Origin: Craspedostauros australis
Taxonomy: Eukaryota
Assembly (NCBI GenBank): GCA_030167865.1
Contig: JALAGF010000963.1
Span: 62,001-85,956 of the forward strand
Direction of reading: 5' to 3'
Length of the DNA: 23,956 nt
Within the stretch, counting starts at the first letter, position 1, and every line of letters begins with the position of its first letter. The notes beneath the pieces are model-generated. The model searched no databases, had not been told where the DNA came from, and was given only the letters and a program-made list of their open reading frames with translations. Below, one piece after another: positions 18,747-23,956 of this stretch. The position numbers were made by a program, and so were the translations under genes.

Positions 18747-21700
18747 TCACGTGCCCGTTGTCCACATCGCCTGCGTGCCATCGAACTTCAATTCCTTCAA
18801 CGACGTCTCGATGGCTTCAATCCGAAACGGCTTCGACAGGAATCCATCGGCACCAGCCTCGCGGGCCTGTGTCTTGTACTCCTCCAACGCGTGCGCGCTC
18901 AAGAACAGCACGCGAGGCAATGGCGCCGCCAGTTCATTGCGTCGTCGGATGATGTGCTTCGTGGCATCCAGCCCGTTCATGACCGGCATTTCCAAATCCA
19001 TCAGCACCAAATCGTACGCCTTCTTCTGCTCCTGGTCGACCGCCTTTTGCCCGTTGTCCATGATATCAATGTCGGTGATGCCGATGCGAGTCAGAATGCG
19101 CTTGCACACCTTCTGATTCACCTTGTTGTCTTCGGCAACGAGAACCTTCAGCGCCTTCCATGGTGATGACGCACCGTCGCCTGCACGCGCCTTCTTCGGA
19201 ACGGGCTGGTCGGCGGCCGCCATCTTGGGTCGTGTCGATTTGATCGGCTTTGAGGACGTGACGATAACAGGCGGAGGTTTTGCCGTCGGCGCATCTTCCT
19301 TCGGCATGCTCTCTGCATCGCTCGCGGGCGTCACCTCGTTCTTTGCCGTCTCCGGAATCAAACTACGTTGCGATTGCTGCTTGCCGATGCGATCTAAATA
19401 ATTCATGAGCTGCTCGTGGTTCAGCGCTTGCGATTTGGGCGTGGCTGTTGCGTCGGGACGTGCGAACCGCGCGGTGGTTTCAGTGTACGACGACGAACCA
19501 TCCTGCTGTTCTTGCAGCATCTTATCCAAATCCTGCAAAAGCTGCTCATGGTTGGGTGGCGGCAAACTTATCAACGACGTGCGTTCCACCATGTTGGGAG
19601 TGCTGCGCGGAGGAGGTGGCAACTCCTCTTTGTCTGTTTCCATTTGAACGATCTTGGACAACTCGTGAATTTCCAAAAAGTTGTTGGAAAGTTGGAACCG
19701 ATCCTGACGCAGCGCGGATGCTGGCGCGACATCTTCCATCTGCATGCTGCCTTCCATATCTTCATCCGGCAACGTCAACGGCATCTGGACCGTGAATTTG
19801 CACCACTTGCCGCACTCCGACTGCACGTCGATGCGACCGCCCATGGCCTTGACCAGGTTCGACGTGATCGCCAGACCTAGCCCCGTGCCGCCGTACTCGC
19901 GTTCCGTATCAACAGACAACTGTCGGAAGGGCTGGAAGATGTTGGCCATATGATCGGGATGGATGCCGACGCCGTAATCCTGAATGTCGAATTGCAGCAT
20001 CTGCATCTCGCGCCGAACATTGGCCGACTGCTCATCGGAGGCTTCATCCATCATGATGCCGACCTGTGTGATGGTGCAATCCACGTACTTGCCGTCGCGA
20101 CCGAACTTGACGGCGTTGCCCAGCAGATTGTACAGCACCTGCTGCAGCCGCCGCGTGTCCATGACGATGCGGCATGGCAAGGGTTGCGGCGTCGAGACGC
20201 GCAGACGCACGTGCTGTTGCTGCTGCTGGATGTTGTGAAAGACAGTGCGCAAGGTATCGCGCAGCGAGATGGGCGCCATGTGGAAGACGACCTCACCGAC
20301 GGCCAATTTGGAAAAGTTGAGGACATCGTCGACGACGTGCAGCAGGAGATCGCCGGACGTCGTGATCATCTTGAGTGCCTCCTGCTGGTCCTGCGTCAAC
20401 GAGGCATCCTTGACGAGGAGTCCGGACAGACCAATGATGCAGTTCAACGGCGTGCGGATCTCGTGGCTCATCATGGCGAAATGCCGCAGCTGCGCCTGCG
20501 ATTGCTGCTGGATGTGGCGGTTGGCATTTTGCAGTTTGGCGTTGGCGGCCGCCAGCTCCTGCGTGCGCTGATGGACGGTGTCCTCCATGCGCTTCATGAG
20601 GGTCTCCTGGTTGGCCTCATTGGTTTGGTAGCGCACGATGAGGGCCAGACCGGCCATGGATTGCTGGAAGAATTGGAGATGGTACTTGGAGAATCCCGTG
20701 ATGTTCTTGGTGACCCAGGAAATGGAGCCCATGAATTTGTCATTTTGGTAAATGGGCAGACTGAAGTAGTGCGTGTACTGCTGTCGTTGCACGTCACCCA
20801 AGGAAGATCGTCTCATGTGTCGTCGCTGCTGTGTATTATACCCAACTCGCTGCTTGAGATCTTGCTCCTGCGTCCAATGGTTGCCGGGCAGGACGCTGTC
20901 GAGGTTCTTCGTGTTCTTTCGTTTCTGATTGGCCCGTTTCTTGCGATTGGTGTAGAGAAGATGGAAGCATTCGTCCTGCGGCGCTGTGTGGAGCTTGGCA
21001 TCGAACTGTTGCTTGGTGTACTTGAACTGCGTGAATGGTTCGTTGTACTCCCAGACCCAGCCGTACATGTAGAAGGTGGGATCGTGGGGAATGACGTTGG
21101 TGATGAAGAGACGGTCGATGGGTATGTTGTAATCTCTGAGTTTCTGGCAGTACTGGATCATCCAGGGCTGCACCTTGTTCGATTTGGTGCCCTCATCGAA
21201 GAGCCACTGCTGCAGATTGGAGAGGTTCATGTAGGACGTGTTCGTGGCGGTTTGCAGATGCTGCGACGCTGACGACGAGATGGAGGCCATGGAGTTGACG
21301 CTGTGCATGGACTGGTTGGCCGTGAGGAGTCCGTTGCCGCGGTGCAGACGATCCTCGTACCTGGCGATGATGGCCTCCTGCTTCTGCAGCTGCGCCTGCA
21401 TGGTCTGCATCTTGCACTTGTAGTCGTCGATGGAGCATTCGTATCCCTTGAGCTGAAGCTTGGTGAGGATCTCCTTCTGCTCGAGGTACTTGATGCGCGT
21501 CTGGTATCCCTGCAGCATGGCCTGCAGATGCTGCGCGTCCTCCTGTGGTGGACTCGCGGTATGCTTGAGAATGCCGGAATGCTGCGGAGATGGTGACTGC
21601 TGCGTCGCTGCCATTGGGAAGGGAAGGTTGGTGGGTGCGGACCCCGTGCTGACGTTCCTGCGCACCCTGTTGGGCATTTCCGCAAAGGTGGAGTTGCGCT

Positions 21701-22433
21701 GTCCGCTCCGCAGCGCTGCAAGATTCGGAATGCCTGCCAGGATGTTGCTGTTGGCACTGCTATTGGTGGACATGGATTCCAGCATGAGCTTAGAACCATG
21801 CCCTCCCGATCGTTCGCTGAGCGTGATGGCTTCGGATGCGTAGGTGGTGTGGCTTGCATCCGTCGTTTCGTCGTAGGAGTACGTGTCCCCACTTAGATTG
21901 GTGTGCTGGCTGTTGGGATGATCGCAAACATGCTGCTGTTGCGGATAGCGATGGATATGTTGGGCATCGTCATGTTCTGATTCATCATGATGCTCATGCT
22001 CTGATTCATCATCCATGGAATCGGCAGAATGCGGCTGATCACAATACAAAGAAGCAGCGCTGTTGGGGGCAGTAATGGTGATGGCTGGCGGTAAGGTCGG
22101 GCCGCACGCAGCTGCCCGAAATTTGTGAAGGAAGTCCAGGCGCAGAGGCGAGATGGCTGTCTGGTCGATGGGAGCTGACTCCTGTTGCTGCTGCTGCTGC
22201 TGTTGCTGCTGATTGGGAGTATATTTAGCTGTGGTTGTGTCGTTGAGAGGTGCTGTTACATCCTTGCCATCATGGGATGGAGGCTGTTGCTTTGCCTCTC
22301 CTCTCTCAGAAGTAGCCATAGACTTGGCAGATGTGGAAGCAGCAGCAGGAGGAGATTCGGAAGCCACCATGTTGGACATCGTTGCGCTTTGAGCTGATGG
22401 AGTCGGCGGACATATGGACATTGTCTGTCCCAT
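18747..22433 (-). CDS. Hybrid sensor histidine kinase/response regulator (disordered N-terminus, coiled coil, GAF-like domain, HisKA, HATPase_c, receiver), 1228 aa, intronless
   Basis: H-box FAMMSHEIRTPLN (His657, codon 20465-20463), N-box QVLYNLLGNAVKF, G1 DYGVGI, F-box IFQPFRQ and G2 GGTGLGL. The receiver shows VLVAEDN, DLVLMDLEMPVMNG (Asp1146, codon 18998-18996) and LSKPF. No transmembrane segment is evident. Confidence 0.95.
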   Translation of the reverse strand: MGQTMSICPPTPSAQSATMSNMVASESPPAAASTSAKSMATSERGEAKQQPPSHDGKDVTAPLNDTTTAKYTPNQQQQQQQQQQESAPIDQTAISPLRLDFLHKFRAAACGPTLPPAITITAPNSAASLYCDQPHSADSMDDESEHEHHDESEHDDAQHIHRYPQQQHVCDHPNSQHTNLSGDTYSYDETTDASHTTYASEAITLSERSGGHGSKLMLESMSTNSSANSNILAGIPNLAALRSGQRNSTFAEMPNRVRRNVSTGSAPTNLPFPMAATQQSPSPQHSGILKHTASPPQEDAQHLQAMLQGYQTRIKYLEQKEILTKLQLKGYECSIDDYKCKMQTMQAQLQKQEAIIARYEDRLHRGNGLLTANQSMHSVNSMASISSSASQHLQTATNTSYMNLSNLQQWLFDEGTKSNKVQPWMIQYCQKLRDYNIPIDRLFITNVIPHDPTFYMYGWVWEYNEPFTQFKYTKQQFDAKLHTAPQDECFHLLYTNRKKRANQKRKNTKNLDSVLPGNHWTQEQDLKQRVGYNTQQRRHMRRSSLGDVQRQQYTHYFSLPIYQNDKFMGSISWVTKNITGFSKYHLQFFQQSMAGLALIVRYQTNEANQETLMKRMEDTVHQRTQELAAANAKLQNANRHIQQQSQAQLRHFAMMSHEIRTPLNCIIGLSGLLVKDASLTQDQQEALKMITTSGDLLLHVVDDVLNFSKLAVGEVVFHMAPISLRDTLRTVFHNIQQQQQHVRLRVSTPQPLPCRIVMDTRRLQQVLYNLLGNAVKFGRDGKYVDCTITQVGIMMDEASDEQSANVRREMQMLQFDIQDYGVGIHPDHMANIFQPFRQLSVDTEREYGGTGLGLAITSNLVKAMGGRIDVQSECGKWCKFTVQMPLTLPDEDMEGSMQMEDVAPASALRQDRFQLSNNFLEIHELSKIVQMETDKEELPPPPRSTPNMVERTSLISLPPPNHEQLLQDLDKMLQEQQDGSSSYTETTARFARPDATATPKSQALNHEQLMNYLDRIGKQQSQRSLIPETAKNEVTPASDAESMPKEDAPTAKPPPVIVTSSKPIKSTRPKMAAADQPVPKKARAGDGASSPWKALKVLVAEDNKVNQKVCKRILTRIGITDIDIMDNGQKAVDQEQKKAYDLVLMDLEMPVMNGLDATKHIIRRRNELAAPLPRVLFLSAHALEEYKTQAREAGADGFLSKPFRIEAIETSLKELKFDGTQAMWTTGT
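22182..22211 (-). repeat. Coding CAG/CAA tract (Q10) in the histidine kinase N-terminus
   Basis: Ten consecutive Gln codons. Confidence 0.85.
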
Positions 22434-23956
22434 TGAGCAATAGTGTTACAATTGGAATTGTGCTGCTGTTGCTATTGCCAATAGATCTTGCGATTGTTGG
22501 AGATGGAGACGATGAAGGGATGGAGTTTCACCCGCCCACACTCTTGATTGGTGCCGTTGTTGTTCCAGTTCTTCCTGACGATGCGGATGTTGCGGATGAT
22601 GCTGACGATGAAGCAAAGTGGATTGGAAGCGTATGCGGAATGTTCTCGACGAAGTCGTCAGAGATGTCGAGCTGTCTGCTCGTTCTCGCACGTGCTTGTG
22701 TGGTTGTGTGTCCTGTACAATACCAGTGGATTGTACAACTATGCTCTTCTCCAGCACCAAAGACGGCAACACCCTCTTTCTTCCTCTTTGTTTGGTGCTG
22801 CTTGTGAGAGAGGACGCAACAGGACGTGCGAAATCCTCCTTGGCTTGGAGGGAGACCCGCGTCCCAGATTGCCCCGCGCAAGGTTGCGTACGTTTGGGAA
22901 GAGCCTCCGCGTGCGCCGGTGATGGATCACGGTGACACTCTCGTTGTCCGTCTGCGGCACAGATGTCGATCCAAACGGCGTTGCGCCAGTGCCGATTCGC
23001 TTCGTCCAACAACTTTCACTCCACTGCGAATCAGAGTCGTTGGCGGTGTTGCCAATCTCCTTCTTGTTTTGCGATCTGTGATGCAACGCAATGCAATCGA
23101 TTATATGGAATGGGGGGTTCAGACCGATGCTTCCACTCTGTTGCCGCCTCCCTTGGCTGTTGCTGTCGTCCTTTCTTGTTACTGTCTCTCGGTTGTGCCA
23201 TCTCCGAATAACTCCGCTTCGTTTTCTCGGATGTCCTGTCAATCACAACAGCGTGACGACCGTCGGTGATGGTGTCGATCATGGCGCCATGTCTTTGCAC
23301 ACAACTCGTGAAGTATCGGCGCAGCTGTCGCCAGTCATTCCGTCCAACAACAGCGCATCAAATCGTCCTCTCTCTTTTTGTGTTCGCGCTCCACCACAAT
23401 AAATAGAGGGGTTCGAGTGGCTATTTTTTGGCATGGCCGGCGACCCCAGCCAATCAAATGGCTTAGACTTTATCATTGTTACGAGCAAGCCATCCCATTG
23501 AAGGGTGAATTGAGGGGAGTTTGGGTCAATTTTCCCCAGCTTTGTTGCGCTTGGGGTTCTCATTTGGAACCGTGTGACGCAGACGATCTGTTCCCTGTCT
23601 GATCGATTCTCGTTGTGAACGCTGACAGAGGCGGTGGGATTGCGTGGTCGGTTTCGCACGAGGAATTGTGGAACTTTGACACTTTCTCAGAAATCACGTA
23701 TTGAGCAAATAAACTGTAATTATTTACGTGCAGTATCTCCGTTTGAGTATCTCTACGCGACAAACTTCATTGTCGTAACAGAACGACGATTCCGACCGAT
23801 ACGTTCATGATATTGTTGTGATGGTACTATAGTATGCTCAGTATTGTTGTCGCTTAATACTAGTACTACACAAATAGTACCAAGACATACGCAAAATTGA
23901 CAAAATTGTTTTCTACAAAATCCCAACAAAACAAGGACAGAAGTGTTCCTTTGATG

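Noticed and set aside
19950..21272. 440-aa plus-strand ORF (and 18369..19166)
   Set aside because: These are antisense shadows of the histidine kinase caused by codon bias.
23760..23956. AT-rich end with TAGTACTA-like palindromes as a possible transposon terminus
   Set aside because: No matching inverted or direct terminal repeat, target-site duplication or transposase sequence is visible in the window.

Overview
This is eukaryotic nuclear DNA, most likely from a diatom or other stramenopile. That assignment is inferred from the GT-AG introns, eukaryote-type tRNA-Pro genes, an Ariadne ligase, CAA-rich leaders and gene families typical of diatoms. The window holds, in order: an intronless signal-anchored FAD-dependent monooxygenase-like gene (+); two identical tRNA-Pro(TGG) genes 850 bp apart (-); a 3-exon Ariadne/ARIH-type RBR E3 ubiquitin ligase (-); two divergent paralogous TPR-like helical-repeat genes (-); an N-acylation-motif PDZ protein (-); and a 1228-aa hybrid histidine kinase with a bacterial-type GAF-like sensor (-). 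I found no CRISPR array, rRNA or recognisable mobile element. The best leads are the kinase sensor domain that resembles alphaproteobacterial adenylate-cyclase N-termini, the membrane-anchored flavoenzyme, a repeated GAGTACGA motif upstream of both TPR-like paralogs, and MGxxxS acylation signals on the adjacent kinase and PDZ genes. None of these is proven to be a new system.
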